Shown piece after piece: positions 38,801 to 48,856 of a DNA stretch of 64,000 nt. Location of the stretch: NCBI GenBank assembly GCA_025829515.1, contig GCA_025829515.1_4865.1; one strand, given 5' to 3'. The position numbers were made by a program, and so were the translations under genes. The stretch comes from a phage. How positions within the stretch are numbered: position 1 is the first letter of the stretch; each line of letters begins with the position of its first letter. Under the pieces are notes generated by a model that saw only the letters and a program-made list of their open reading frames with translations, did not search any database and was not told the origin of the DNA.

Positions 38801-41800
38801 CTACGGGTTTTAACACACCCCATTTCGTGATAGAACCGAGTATATTACCCACAGTTCCCAAGATACTGACGATGGGACCGATGATAGGTAAGCCTTTCAC
38901 CACATCCCACAGACCGCCAGATTTCCCTTTGGAGCCCTGCGCTTTCTCTTTCTTCTCCTTACGTTTCTCACGCCAACGTTTGAAGAAGTTAAAGTAGTCG
39001 CGTTTTTCATCACCTTCAGGTGGCTTGTTACGTTTACCGAACTTCGCAAACATGGTACGGATGATGCCATCGTCACCGCCTGCGCGGGATACTGATTCGC
39101 GCATGGTGTTAAACCACGACATCTCTTGCAAGCCAATCATTCGGTCCAAGCGTTCAAACAATCTTGCACCTGCAGATTTGGCAGCGTTCTTCCCTTTGTT
39201 GATAACCCGACCTGCTGCATCGCGCGCGGTCTCAAGGTCGTCCTTCGCGTCACCGTAGACTTTACGGCCAGAAAGACCACCTTTCGCGTTCAGATGACTG
39301 CGATAGAATTCAGCGACATCATCATCGCGTCCTGCCAATCGACGTTCAACTTCGTAGCGTGTGGCAATGTCGTGTCGTGCTCCACGATATCCGTCGAGCA
39401 TATCCCCAGCCCGGCCTCGGAAACCACTGAACCAACCACGCAGGCGGTCGCGTCCACGACCAAAGAACGCTTTTGTTCTTGACCAACGTCCACCAAAACG
39501 TTCAGACAACGACGATTTCGCACGATCATACGCCCCGCGTACTGCACGACCGATCGTACTACCGCCACCCCCGACACCCTTCTCCATTTCCTCTGTCCAA
39601 CTTTCGTCTTCCGGATCTCCCGGTAAACGTTGATTCAACAGTTTATAGATACGGATAAGAATGTGGTTGGTTTTCTTGCCGGTTGATGAGAAGATACTGA
39701 AACCGCCACCCCCACCATCTTTACGACCTTTCCACCAACGCGTTAGTGGGTTGTCGGTAATCATGTCTTTCAGACGATCGACACCACGTTTCGCAAAACC
39801 GAGCACTTTACCCGGTAAGCTCGTTACGCGGTTGAACGCTTTCTGGAGACGTGTCTTTTCTTCGCCTTCCGGAATCTCGTTCAGCCAGTCCTTAATCTTA
39901 CCAACGATGCTGCCCGCTTTCGGTGACAGGAAATCCAGGAACCTTTTCGGTAGCTTAGCCACCTTATTAAAGCCTAAGCCGATCTTACTGGCCAGACCTT
40001 GGGTCAGCGCTTGGATTTTCCCACCTTTATAGTAGCGGAGTTTACCGGCAGCGGCTAAGTCAGCGGCCGCTAGTACCAGGTTACCTGCGGAGTCAACAAT
40101 ATCACTCCCCAGTTTGATATCGTCCAGCGTTTTCAACTGAACCATTTTACCATCAATGACCTGATAGTATTCCCCAGCTTCCAGACGTGCACCTTGTAGA
40201 ACAACGTTACCGTGGTCATCGTAAACATCGCGGATACCCAGTAGTCCTTTACCGAAGGAACTTACCGCTTCAAAACCACCACGGACACTACCACTGATAA
40301 GGCCACGCATCCGGGTTAAGAAACCAGGACCTTCGCCACCTCCCATGCCTGCGACTTTACCGCGTGCCCAACCACCGAACTGGTTCAGTTTATTCCAGGC
40401 ACCCTTAACACCACGTTTCGCAAAGCCGCCGATTCCTGCTGCGGTGTCGAACAACACACCGCCCCAACGACGAATAAGCCCATCCTCACCGATGATAATA
40501 CGACGGCGTCTACCGCCACCGCTACCACCGCCAGGGCGAGGCGGACCCATTTCTTCATCACCAGAACCAGCACCCCCTGCTAACGAAGCCAGGAGAACCC
40601 CTTCTTCGTCCATACTTCTGACGTGTTCCAGAATTTTCTGGAGGGTGTCACTGTTGTTGTTACCCCGAATCGCTTCGATGATACCGTCAAAGTTATTCCG
40701 TGGTGCTTCTTCGCCACGGTTACGTTGACTCAACAATTCAACAAAGTTAGTCGAAGTTTCACCGTAGAGAACTGCGGCTAGCTGCCGAGGCGACATTCCG
40801 CGGCCTTTACCACCGCCACGTAAAGCCGGCGGCAACGACGTGTCATCGGCACCACCACTTGCCCCTTGGTTCATTCGGCGCAGATAGTCGCCTAACGCCG
40901 AACCATTTTGCAGCTTACGTTGAATCTCCTGGTCACGAGTCAATGCACGCCCGCTGCGTGTCTTACCCATTGCCAAGTCATTAAACAAGGTATAGGGATC
41001 GGACAGGTCTTTATCCACGCCGAAGGTGTCACTCTTCGCGTCGTAGTTAAAGATACCCGCATCACGCAACGCTCGCTCGCCGTAAATATTCACCGCCTCG
41101 TCGATAATTGCCTGACGTTGGGTGATAGATGACTGCACTGTGGAGATTTTGCGAGCCAGTTCGTTACTTAATTCGTTGCTACCACCAGTAAGACTGTCTG
41201 AATGCCCCTGTAACGCTTCCTTAATGCGTTCTGCGGCGTTTCCTGGCATATACCGATGAAGATGCATCGGGTCTTTCAGAATCGCTTCTACGTCGAATGC
41301 GCGGCCCTGCGAGGCACGTGACTCGATATAGTCGGCAAGATGCTGTCGATCCTTCTGCGAGAGCGTTTTGCCACGGTCAACAAAATCCACAGTGCTGTTA
41401 ATGGAATTTTGGAGACGCAGGCGCTGCTCATCGTTTGCAACCGCTTTGCGTACACGGTTACCGACCACTTTGCGGTCCACGAAACCACGACTGGTGATGT
41501 CGTATTCCAGATCGGCATGTTCGCCATAGCCACGACGAACAGATTTGTTAATCTCTGCCAGCCAGGCAGGAATAACTTCAACCAGGCTAAGATACGCTTT
41601 ACGGTCAAACTTCGCCGAGCGACTTAACGTTTCGCCATTACGCTCATCAAGGAAGGCTTTCTCACGGTTTAACGGTTGGACAATACCGAGTTCATTCAGT
41701 ACCCGGAACAAATCCGCCAACGGTCCTTGCGTTTCGCCTGCGATAGCTGAGTTCGAGATAGAGGAAAGATTACCAAAGGTGAACGCGCCCTTCTGCAGGC

Positions 41801-42944
41801 GTTTCATGACCTCTGGATTTTTCTCCATCTCCTCACGAGTCCATTTCTGGAGTTTCTCGATTTGTGGGCCGAGTAGTTTCTTCGCAAGGAATCCGCTACC
41901 CCATGCAGTTGCTTTATCGCGAGCATTTGTTTTGCGACGTTCGGCAGTCAACGAAGAGCTGTCGCTCATGCCGAAACCGTCTTCAACACCCATGCCGAGA
42001 ACAGACTCTAACAAACCACGACCTTCGCCAAATATACCAGAAATTTTCTTCTTGGTATTTTCGCGAATCATGTCCATAAACCCGTCAGCATAACGCAATG
42101 GGTTCATCCATTCCGCAGCCTGGCGTTTAACGTTTGCCCAACGGACTTCTGAGAAATCTTCCTTCGCGTAGTCTGGCAGCGCCGTGTTCTTCACGATGGC
42201 TTCTAAAGCAGGCGTGTTACGATCGAACTCCGACTGCTTCATCTTCACGATGTCTTGAATGGCGAACAGGGTACGGTATTGCAATTCGAGTTTCTTACGC
42301 TCGATGTTTAAGAATACCCCACGGCTTAACCCGGTTAGCAGGTTAATGTCTTTCGCCATCCCAATCATGGTTTGGTGCATTGCATCCGCGCGCATCTCTT
42401 TGATGCTGTCGCGGAGCTTATCCTCTACCATGCGGTCCTGCAGCTGACGTTGTTCGTCGGCGTCCTTTGGCACGCCTGAGAAAACGTCGCCCAGTTCACG
42501 ATCCATCAACGCCTGATTAGGATCGTAATTTTGGTAATCCAACTGGTCAGATTTTGACCACTTGTCGAAGCGCTTAGTAACTGCATCCGGCAAGTATTTC
42601 TTCATCGTCGGACCGAGTTGGCGTGCTTGCATCTTCAGCGTGCGCTCGGTCTTCTCAAGCTCCCCTTTCGTATGGGCGTAAATGTCCTTTGCTGCAGCTG
42701 CCGCTGACTGATAGCCCTCGTATGCATCAGCTGCCGGCTTAGGCATCCCCTTGAGGATAACTTGGTCACGTTTCCCTTCTGGCCAGATAGTTGACAACGC
42801 CGACTTCCTGGCAACATTCAGGGTACTGAGTATCGGGCTTCGTTTTTTCTCGTCTTTGGGACGGGGTGGTTCACCGAAATCATCCCAGTCGTCGAGTCTA
42901 TCTAAATCGATATCATCGAAACCGTCTTTGCCTCTTTTTGCCAT
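35823..42944 (-). CDS. giant virion protein (2373 aa) with C-terminal lytic transglycosylase domain
   Basis: Uninterrupted 7.1 kb ORF; Gly-rich segments; AKAESGFNYTAKNPYASASGLFQFVNGTW (SLT catalytic region) about 380 aa from the C-terminus; Ala/Pro/Thr-rich tail. Confidence 0.85.
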   Translation of the reverse strand: MAKRGKDGFDDIDLDRLDDWDDFGEPPRPKDEKKRSPILSTLNVARKSALSTIWPEGKRDQVILKGMPKPAADAYEGYQSAAAAAKDIYAHTKGELEKTERTLKMQARQLGPTMKKYLPDAVTKRFDKWSKSDQLDYQNYDPNQALMDRELGDVFSGVPKDADEQRQLQDRMVEDKLRDSIKEMRADAMHQTMIGMAKDINLLTGLSRGVFLNIERKKLELQYRTLFAIQDIVKMKQSEFDRNTPALEAIVKNTALPDYAKEDFSEVRWANVKRQAAEWMNPLRYADGFMDMIRENTKKKISGIFGEGRGLLESVLGMGVEDGFGMSDSSSLTAERRKTNARDKATAWGSGFLAKKLLGPQIEKLQKWTREEMEKNPEVMKRLQKGAFTFGNLSSISNSAIAGETQGPLADLFRVLNELGIVQPLNREKAFLDERNGETLSRSAKFDRKAYLSLVEVIPAWLAEINKSVRRGYGEHADLEYDITSRGFVDRKVVGNRVRKAVANDEQRLRLQNSINSTVDFVDRGKTLSQKDRQHLADYIESRASQGRAFDVEAILKDPMHLHRYMPGNAAERIKEALQGHSDSLTGGSNELSNELARKISTVQSSITQRQAIIDEAVNIYGERALRDAGIFNYDAKSDTFGVDKDLSDPYTLFNDLAMGKTRSGRALTRDQEIQRKLQNGSALGDYLRRMNQGASGGADDTSLPPALRGGGKGRGMSPRQLAAVLYGETSTNFVELLSQRNRGEEAPRNNFDGIIEAIRGNNNSDTLQKILEHVRSMDEEGVLLASLAGGAGSGDEEMGPPRPGGGSGGGRRRRIIIGEDGLIRRWGGVLFDTAAGIGGFAKRGVKGAWNKLNQFGGWARGKVAGMGGGEGPGFLTRMRGLISGSVRGGFEAVSSFGKGLLGIRDVYDDHGNVVLQGARLEAGEYYQVIDGKMVQLKTLDDIKLGSDIVDSAGNLVLAAADLAAAGKLRYYKGGKIQALTQGLASKIGLGFNKVAKLPKRFLDFLSPKAGSIVGKIKDWLNEIPEGEEKTRLQKAFNRVTSLPGKVLGFAKRGVDRLKDMITDNPLTRWWKGRKDGGGGGFSIFSSTGKKTNHILIRIYKLLNQRLPGDPEDESWTEEMEKGVGGGGSTIGRAVRGAYDRAKSSLSERFGGRWSRTKAFFGRGRDRLRGWFSGFRGRAGDMLDGYRGARHDIATRYEVERRLAGRDDDVAEFYRSHLNAKGGLSGRKVYGDAKDDLETARDAAGRVINKGKNAAKSAGARLFERLDRMIGLQEMSWFNTMRESVSRAGGDDGIIRTMFAKFGKRNKPPEGDEKRDYFNFFKRWREKRKEKKEKAQGSKGKSGGLWDVVKGLPIIGPIVSILGTVGNILGSITKWGVLKPVGLLGKAAWNVGKFAVTRLAAPAVSAVATAASAVVTAVGWPAILIGGAIAAAGYAAYKIATTTYTQYLDKMRLAQYGFRDYDKWSSDDGAKARYLEDALREYVSYAEDGQASLRGLGGKDVQKLAEGFGINVEEKGEMLAFQAFMLQRFIPIYLRWITALKSMPNSIQLADVGDAKKVSKEDMQTLFNKMKMTKDAKAFSSLTDPRKVNQGFFSKAWDVVTFTPKEFLSGEEVMEVQNEVERAIKFRMDDKKARKYGMAPAVEGIKSAGVDEAINKLGQLDNERNKNLAKVEGWEDGTEQVQIQVDWNAVLDQKDMNAMESVRWKTYGFTTIDNATRTLITVFEKNVIKDIDVKTASYKGDWKKAIASMVPDAIGTPKEDRLKRWFFDRFLPVFMTYLVGVKRYLPTADPLNLKLTGGYLYEISLMMSTAYSLKGGIRQSVWEVNINPLGGDANTNPSSIKAELETLKLLSKEADLAVRNMIKAIKNNGKRARWKDRNKNRSSLEVTGEDEEDSNISSGDSLSSDGARASGYIPSGTSGGVPGNLGQVVDAVGGVRNYAAMTTGSSSINLSDVKDGDYKSLAEKYPIEMLGRKGALNVPNIKALITDAANMMGVPPAVALAMAKAESGFNYTAKNPYASASGLFQFVNGTWDGMMKGYSRKFGIPRVNQMDPWANAILGVQFIRDNIQKAQRDLGGKAPPPAVAYLYHFLGAGGGKKFLEAWKRNPNMAASSAPGITSAILRGNANVFYSNGRIRSVDGVIQELNRRMGAISANEVAADPSKTKDMVAGLSPNSPTNPAAAMGAPAANDPSLSPADNLPADNANRRDDVLTQKGAMAAQDAMATAAGNVGPAAPTPTTGGTGTSDASTTAETVASQAAAEGLSATDVAKVKAGAEAQVNAAARPVAAPTSDATASTPTLNGDPIDVQQLKVLIQSRDYLKEIRDILKSNPRAANDTRGGSIQQAANVPPPGSAARRQEITQPTPSLNVSRKAS

Positions 42945-42974
42945 AATGTTTCTTCCAATTCAGGAGCCTAAAAA

Positions 42975-44588
42975 GTGAGAAAGCTTAACTGGGTAGATTT
43001 TTATCTACTGAACGTTAATAAGTCCCTGGTGTCGCATTTAAAACCAGTTACAACAACAGACACCTTTCAGGGACTGACGAAAAACTTTCACCCTGAAGGA
43101 CTGTATTCAACCGAAATTTTTGGCCTCACAGGGAGCGAAGCACGAGACTCAACGTTCTCGTACATTGATATCAAACTGGATATCATTTCGCCGACCGTTT
43201 GTTTGGCATTGTTCCAGCTGAAACAGCTGTACGAAGAAATCTGTTCCGGGAAGCGATTCGCTATCTGGAATGAGAAAGAAAAAGATTTCGAGCCGGCTCT
43301 GCCCAGTGATAAAGGTGCAGACACCGGCTTCAACTTCTTCCTACGCTACTACGAACAACTGACACCGGGACGCAACGAATCGATGCGTCGCGACGAGACA
43401 GTCGATTTCTTCAATAAGTTCCGTCCGGTCAGTCTCAGCCGCTATGTGCTGGTTCTGCCTGCGGGATTACGTGATTTGGTCATTCGTCAGGATGGCCGCG
43501 ACCAAGAAGAAGAGATTGGCGGACTCTACCGCCGTCTGATTTCTCTGGCACGTGCAATCCCCGACCGCAGTACGCGAACGGAACTGACTGACCCGGTTCG
43601 CTGGAAGCTCCAACAAACCTTTAATGATATCTGGATGTACTTCTTCAACATCCAAGACGGTAAAGGTGGTTTTGCACGTCGTAAAGTGACGTCACGTAAG
43701 TTAATGAACGGTACGCGTAACGTACTGTCTTCATTCTCAACCGGTTCCAAGGTCATGGGTCGCGAAGATGCGATTCGTCCAACGGATACCCGTATCGGTT
43801 TGTACCAAACCCTGAAGGCATTACTGCCTGTGGCTCAATACCACATCCGCGAACGTTACCTCAGTAACATCCGGGCAGGGGACGGCAACTTATACGGCGT
43901 TAACACCAAAACACTCAAGCGTGAGTTCCTGGAAGTCTCCGGGCGGGTGTATGACCTTTTCACTACCGACGATGGCATCGAAACACTCATCAACAGAATG
44001 GAAGCGCGCGAGCTTCGACATAAACCGCTGATGATTGATCCGGACCATTACGTGGCATTAATCTACCAGGACAAACGCAGCTTCAAAATCTTCTACGATA
44101 TTGAAGACCTGCCGGAAGGACGTGACCGTAAGCTTGTCCGCGGACTGAGCTTAGCGGAACTCCTCTATTTGTCAGGTTACGATATTTGGAATGACTACTT
44201 CTCGTTCATCACGCGTTATCCGGTTACGGGACGCGGTTCGACTTACTCCTCGACCATAAGATTGGAGACCACCACCTCTTCCCTCTATTTGCATGAACTG
44301 GAAGACGATTGGGTCACGTTAAAAGAGAAGGGAGCAATTAGCTTCCCTGACCGTACCGTGAAAACCTTTGTGGAATCCATGGCACCACATCCATCCCGAT
44401 TAGGTGGGTTGGGTGGTGACTACGATGGCGACACCGGCTCAGCAAACAGCCCGATGTCAACCGAAGCGCTCGAGGAAAATCGGAAGTGGGTCAGTTCGAA
44501 AAACTACTGGTTTGCAACAGACGGCAGTTTCAAAATCAATCCGGTTAACAACGTGATTAAAAGAACGACTGCTGCGCTGTTGAAATGA
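42975..44588 (+). CDS. RNA polymerase beta-prime-like subunit, N-terminal portion
   Basis: VLPAGLRDLVIRQDGR...LYRRLI and FARRKVTSRKLMNGTRNVLSSFS resemble conserved beta-prime regions; DYDGD (44418-44432) sits where the catalytic NADFDGD motif would be. Confidence 0.7.
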   Translation: MRKLNWVDFYLLNVNKSLVSHLKPVTTTDTFQGLTKNFHPEGLYSTEIFGLTGSEARDSTFSYIDIKLDIISPTVCLALFQLKQLYEEICSGKRFAIWNEKEKDFEPALPSDKGADTGFNFFLRYYEQLTPGRNESMRRDETVDFFNKFRPVSLSRYVLVLPAGLRDLVIRQDGRDQEEEIGGLYRRLISLARAIPDRSTRTELTDPVRWKLQQTFNDIWMYFFNIQDGKGGFARRKVTSRKLMNGTRNVLSSFSTGSKVMGREDAIRPTDTRIGLYQTLKALLPVAQYHIRERYLSNIRAGDGNLYGVNTKTLKREFLEVSGRVYDLFTTDDGIETLINRMEARELRHKPLMIDPDHYVALIYQDKRSFKIFYDIEDLPEGRDRKLVRGLSLAELLYLSGYDIWNDYFSFITRYPVTGRGSTYSSTIRLETTTSSLYLHELEDDWVTLKEKGAISFPDRTVKTFVESMAPHPSRLGGLGGDYDGDTGSANSPMSTEALEENRKWVSSKNYWFATDGSFKINPVNNVIKRTTAALLK

Positions 44589-44606
44589 TACCCATAAGGC
44601 ACATGT

Positions 44607-47600
44607 ATGATTTTTCTGAAACAGTTTAACCAGCGCTTTACCGTGCGCAAGACCGATGAGTTCGGTCGTCCGCGTATTATCCCGCTGGAGAAGCTCCAGC
44701 TCCCACGTGGTTCTATCTACCACACCATCGATTTAGACCAGGTGGTTTTAGCGCCACCGTTAACTACACCGTGTTTTGGCCAGCTGGAAAAACCGGCGAT
44801 GATTCGCCACCACTTCCAGCTGCCTGAAGACGGCATTATTGGCCATCCGCGTAAGAAACCGGTTGTTGGTCAAGAGCGCCAAATCTTCCAGTACCATCGT
44901 AACAACCGTCGTATTCGTCGCATGATTGAAGACGGCGTGGTACGTTCCGATCCGAAAGTGCTGCTCATCGAAAACTACACCCCGATGCTGCCGCATTATT
45001 TCTACCCTGATACTCTGATGTCCTGGTACGAACGTCTGCACAACATTCAGCTGCTGATAACTAACCAGATGAAAACTGACTCACGTGAGTACATGCGTCA
45101 GAACTACTACATCATCGAACTGGGTAACGTACTGCCTTCTTTCGATCGTTTTAAAATGACGTATAACGATCGTGTTAAAACCAAACTGGAGCGCTTTAAA
45201 GACTTTAACCTGCTGTGGTTACTGGAGTTGTTCGGTTGGGTGTACGGAGATCAGCAAGCAACACTGTTTGACGGTATGGACATGAACCAGCTGTCACGTG
45301 TGAACTTTATCTTCACACACAACGGTGGTTTTACATCCATGAACATGGGTGTAATTGAAAGAATGCGTAAGTCTGCCGGTGGTCGTTTGACTGACGTGCA
45401 GATGGGCAGAATGTTCTACCGTACACTGACTACGGTGATGACCACACCGCCGTCTACCGACTACGAAGATGACGAGTTCGTTACACCGGAAGGGGATGAA
45501 CGCGTACATCTGGGAGAGGACGACGATGCTGTTGAAACCGTTGCCAGTAAACCGGAAGAAAGCCTCGATATCGTCGACGATGAAGCAACACAAAGCGACA
45601 ACGTTGACGATACACTGAACGATCATGAGTTCGATGAGAAAGAAGATCTGGTCATCGAAGCGCCGAAAGAAGATGTCAAACCAACCACCATCGTCGTAGA
45701 ACGCACCATCCCACACGATGCTGTGATTAAACAGGAAGTTGAGCGCCTGGCAGAAGCGGGCCGCGTCACCGCCAAAGCGTATCAGTTCCTGAACGAATCT
45801 TCTAAACGTTTCGTAAACTTACCCAACCCGTACAATCCTAAAGAGACGTACGGCGAAGGTCTGACCATCGATCCGAAGAAACTCGAAGTTAAAGCCGAGC
45901 CTAAGAAGATTGAACGCTTAGTTACGGATGAAGCCTGGGCGGAAAATACCACCGACCAAATCATTCGTCAGTACAACCAGGAAATCTTCCCGAAAGATAT
46001 TCTGGGGGCAGTAGCGTCATCCCAACGTCTTGGTTTAGCGATTCACAATCACACTGTTGAGAAAGAGATTTCCGTTACCGGGAATATCGAACACCACACG
46101 TTGCGTATTCAGCCGATTGGCGGAGAACCAACCACGGTACGTTTCTCAATTCCTGCATTAACCGAAGACGGTACTTGGGTTGCAAATGGTGTGGAATATA
46201 CAATGCGTCGTCAGCGTGTTGATCTTCCTATCCGTAAAGTGTCCCACGATACTGTAGCGTTAACCACTGCCTACGGGAAGAACTTTGTCCGTCGCAGTGA
46301 TAAAGTCGTCAATGATTACGGACGTTGGCTCACTAACGCGATTATTACTCGCGCGGTCGATCCAAAGAACACCGAAATCACTGATGCAAAACTGGCGAAT
46401 GTGTTCGATCCGCTGTCTAAACTGCCGCGCCAATATACCGAAGTGGCGCGTCGTGTAGCAGCGTTCAACGCAATTGGGTACCAATGGAGCTTTGACATTA
46501 AACAGAAAGCGGCATTCTTTAACGAAGGGCAACTGGCAGACGCGGACCGTGTCGAGCTGGTACCTGTGGCGAAGAAACCGCGGAGCCATGTCATCGTCGG
46601 TATGGATAAAAACTCCCAGCTTTATCGAGTGGATAAGGATAAGACCGAACCACTGGGTACACTCGCCGAGGTCTTTGGCGTGGACACCTCTAAGGCTCCA
46701 CGTGAAATGACCGAACTGTCACTGATGGGCAAATCAATCTCGCTGGGCTTTGTGTTTGCGTACTATCTCGGATTAACCGGGATGTTGAAACACTTTGGTA
46801 TCAGTTACGAGGTTCTCTCTGTCGGACAACGTATCGATAAAGGTCAGTTCGACTCCATTATTCGTCTCCAGGATGCGAAAATTGCAATTGTCTGCGAGAA
46901 CGATCAACAGAGGATGATTGTCAACGGCTTAGACCGTTACATTAAACACTTTACCACGTATACCGAGTCGGAAGTTGACCGGGAAGACATTTATCTGAAC
47001 CTGTTACGCGATGCAGATGGGCTAACACCACGCTACATCAAAGAGCTGAAACTGATGCGGACCGCATTTGTTGACGACATGCACGCGCGTATCCTCAGGA
47101 AAATGGGCGAGCCGGAAACCTTTATCGGCTTACTGGAGCGTTCTAACGAACTGCTGCAGACGGACCACACGTTACCGGAAATTAACGGTGACGAAATGAT
47201 GTTCATCGGGAACCAACGTATTTCGTATCACATCTACACCGCGATGGTGCGGGCGATGCGTAACTACAACAACGCGCCTAACTCGAATCGTAAGTTTGAG
47301 TTGACGCAGGACATGGTGTGGGGTGCAATTAACTCCGACCCGTCTGTTCTGCTGGCACCTGGCGCAAACCCGGTACAGAACATCAAAGAAAAGGATGTCG
47401 TTACCATGGGCGGTACAGGCGGTCGTAACCGCAAAACCATGGTATACAGTACCCGTGAATTCCAACCGAGCGACCTGGGGATTGTCTCCGGTAACACGGT
47501 CGATAACGGCGACGTAGGTATCACCGCCTTTGCAACAAACAATCCGCGTTACGACACCGTGGACGGCACGACCTTTAAAAAGGACCTCGATAAACTGAAG

Positions 47601-48809
47601 CCAGGTGAGGCACTGTCATTTATTGATGGCTTAGTGCCGGATACCCTGATGGACGATGCTAAGCGTCAGAACTTCGTTGGGATTCAATTCGGTTCTGCGA
47701 CCAGTTGTGTTGGCGCAACCACCACACCGTATCGTACCGAGCAAGAAAAGTTCGTGGCACACCGTACTTCTGTGAAGCACGCACGCGTAATCGATAAACC
47801 TGGCAAGATTGTGGAGGTTCTTAACGACCACGTTAAAATCAAATACGACGGAGAGGAAGAAGCTTTCCCACTGGGCCGTTGGTTCGGTCCGCACGAAGGG
47901 ACTTACTACCCACACACCCTGGTAACGAAATGGAAGCGCGGAGATAAACTCCCTGCCGGTGCCGTTATCACGTACAACGAACAACACTTTGAACCAGACA
48001 TCTACGATCCAACGCAGGTCAGCTTTAAAAACGGGATACTGGCAACTGTCGCTTTGATTGAAGGGGAAGAAGTAATTGAGGACTCCAACGCCATTAGTGA
48101 GCGGTTCGCTGCTAAGGCTGAAGCCGATGTTACCAAACTCAAAGAAGTCACAATGACGTTTACCCAGAACCTGTTGGAGATGGTAAAAGAAGGGGACCAC
48201 GTAGACGTGGATTCAATTCTATGCACCTTCACCGACAACCTGACCGGCGATATGAGCGGGTTCAGTAAAGAAGCAGCGGAAACGCTGCGTGAGTTAAGCT
48301 CCTTTGCACCACGCTCTGGTGTTCGTGGGTTTATCGACAAAATCGAAGTGGTTTACCACGGCGAGGTGGAAGATATGACCCCGTCTTTGGCGGAGATGGT
48401 TCGTAAATACGACCGTATACGTCGGAAGACTGCGCTGGCTCTCAAACGTGACGAGCCGAAGGACGGTCGAGTCAACGGTGATTTTCGTGTTGAGGGGGTG
48501 CCGTTAGCGTACAATAGCCTGTGTGTCCGATTCTACATCACACACCGGGTAGAGATGGCAGCAGCGGATAAGATGGTTATTGCTAACCAGCTGAAAACGA
48601 CGGTTCAGGAAGTGATGTATGGAACCAACAAAACGGAAGACGGGCAGGAACTCGACATTATCTTTGGTCGTGATTCCGTCGACGCACGTATCGTAGGTTC
48701 TATCATGCGCATCGGAACCACCAACGCTGTCGGGTATCGTGGTGGGGAGAATATCGGACGCATCTTAGATGGTGAAGACGTCCCAGCCTTGCCGGCTAAA
48801 ATCAACTAA
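44607..48809 (+). CDS. RNA polymerase beta-like subunit (large, with long N-terminal extension)
   Basis: MGGTGGRNRKT...REFQPSDLGIVSGNTVDNGDVGI (about 47405-47520) resembles the beta LGPGGL...[24 protein letters not shown] region; adjacent to the beta-prime-like gene. Confidence 0.55.
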   Translation: MIFLKQFNQRFTVRKTDEFGRPRIIPLEKLQLPRGSIYHTIDLDQVVLAPPLTTPCFGQLEKPAMIRHHFQLPEDGIIGHPRKKPVVGQERQIFQYHRNNRRIRRMIEDGVVRSDPKVLLIENYTPMLPHYFYPDTLMSWYERLHNIQLLITNQMKTDSREYMRQNYYIIELGNVLPSFDRFKMTYNDRVKTKLERFKDFNLLWLLELFGWVYGDQQATLFDGMDMNQLSRVNFIFTHNGGFTSMNMGVIERMRKSAGGRLTDVQMGRMFYRTLTTVMTTPPSTDYEDDEFVTPEGDERVHLGEDDDAVETVASKPEESLDIVDDEATQSDNVDDTLNDHEFDEKEDLVIEAPKEDVKPTTIVVERTIPHDAVIKQEVERLAEAGRVTAKAYQFLNESSKRFVNLPNPYNPKETYGEGLTIDPKKLEVKAEPKKIERLVTDEAWAENTTDQIIRQYNQEIFPKDILGAVASSQRLGLAIHNHTVEKEISVTGNIEHHTLRIQPIGGEPTTVRFSIPALTEDGTWVANGVEYTMRRQRVDLPIRKVSHDTVALTTAYGKNFVRRSDKVVNDYGRWLTNAIITRAVDPKNTEITDAKLANVFDPLSKLPRQYTEVARRVAAFNAIGYQWSFDIKQKAAFFNEGQLADADRVELVPVAKKPRSHVIVGMDKNSQLYRVDKDKTEPLGTLAEVFGVDTSKAPREMTELSLMGKSISLGFVFAYYLGLTGMLKHFGISYEVLSVGQRIDKGQFDSIIRLQDAKIAIVCENDQQRMIVNGLDRYIKHFTTYTESEVDREDIYLNLLRDADGLTPRYIKELKLMRTAFVDDMHARILRKMGEPETFIGLLERSNELLQTDHTLPEINGDEMMFIGNQRISYHIYTAMVRAMRNYNNAPNSNRKFELTQDMVWGAINSDPSVLLAPGANPVQNIKEKDVVTMGGTGGRNRKTMVYSTREFQPSDLGIVSGNTVDNGDVGITAFATNNPRYDTVDGTTFKKDLDKLKPGEALSFIDGLVPDTLMDDAKRQNFVGIQFGSATSCVGATTTPYRTEQEKFVAHRTSVKHARVIDKPGKIVEVLNDHVKIKYDGEEEAFPLGRWFGPHEGTYYPHTLVTKWKRGDKLPAGAVITYNEQHFEPDIYDPTQVSFKNGILATVALIEGEEVIEDSNAISERFAAKAEADVTKLKEVTMTFTQNLLEMVKEGDHVDVDSILCTFTDNLTGDMSGFSKEAAETLRELSSFAPRSGVRGFIDKIEVVYHGEVEDMTPSLAEMVRKYDRIRRKTALALKRDEPKDGRVNGDFRVEGVPLAYNSLCVRFYITHRVEMAAADKMVIANQLKTTVQEVMYGTNKTEDGQELDIIFGRDSVDARIVGSIMRIGTTNAVGYRGGENIGRILDGEDVPALPAKIN

Positions 48810-48810
48810 T

Positions 48811-48835
48811 GTAGGGCGGGTCGCTCCCGCCCGGT
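48811..48835 (+). other. GC-rich hairpin without U-tract (possible RNA processing or pause site)
   Basis: GGGCGGG-TCGCTC-CCGCCC directly after the beta-like gene stop. Confidence 0.3.
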
Positions 48836-48856
48836 AAATAAACTCCGGAGTTAATA

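Noticed and set aside
36232-42447. Many 60-180 aa ORFs on the + strand inside the giant minus-strand gene (for example 39661-40032, 40345-40728, 41545-42093)
   Set aside because: They lie antisense within a continuous 7.1 kb ORF with clear domain content; treated as shadow ORFs.
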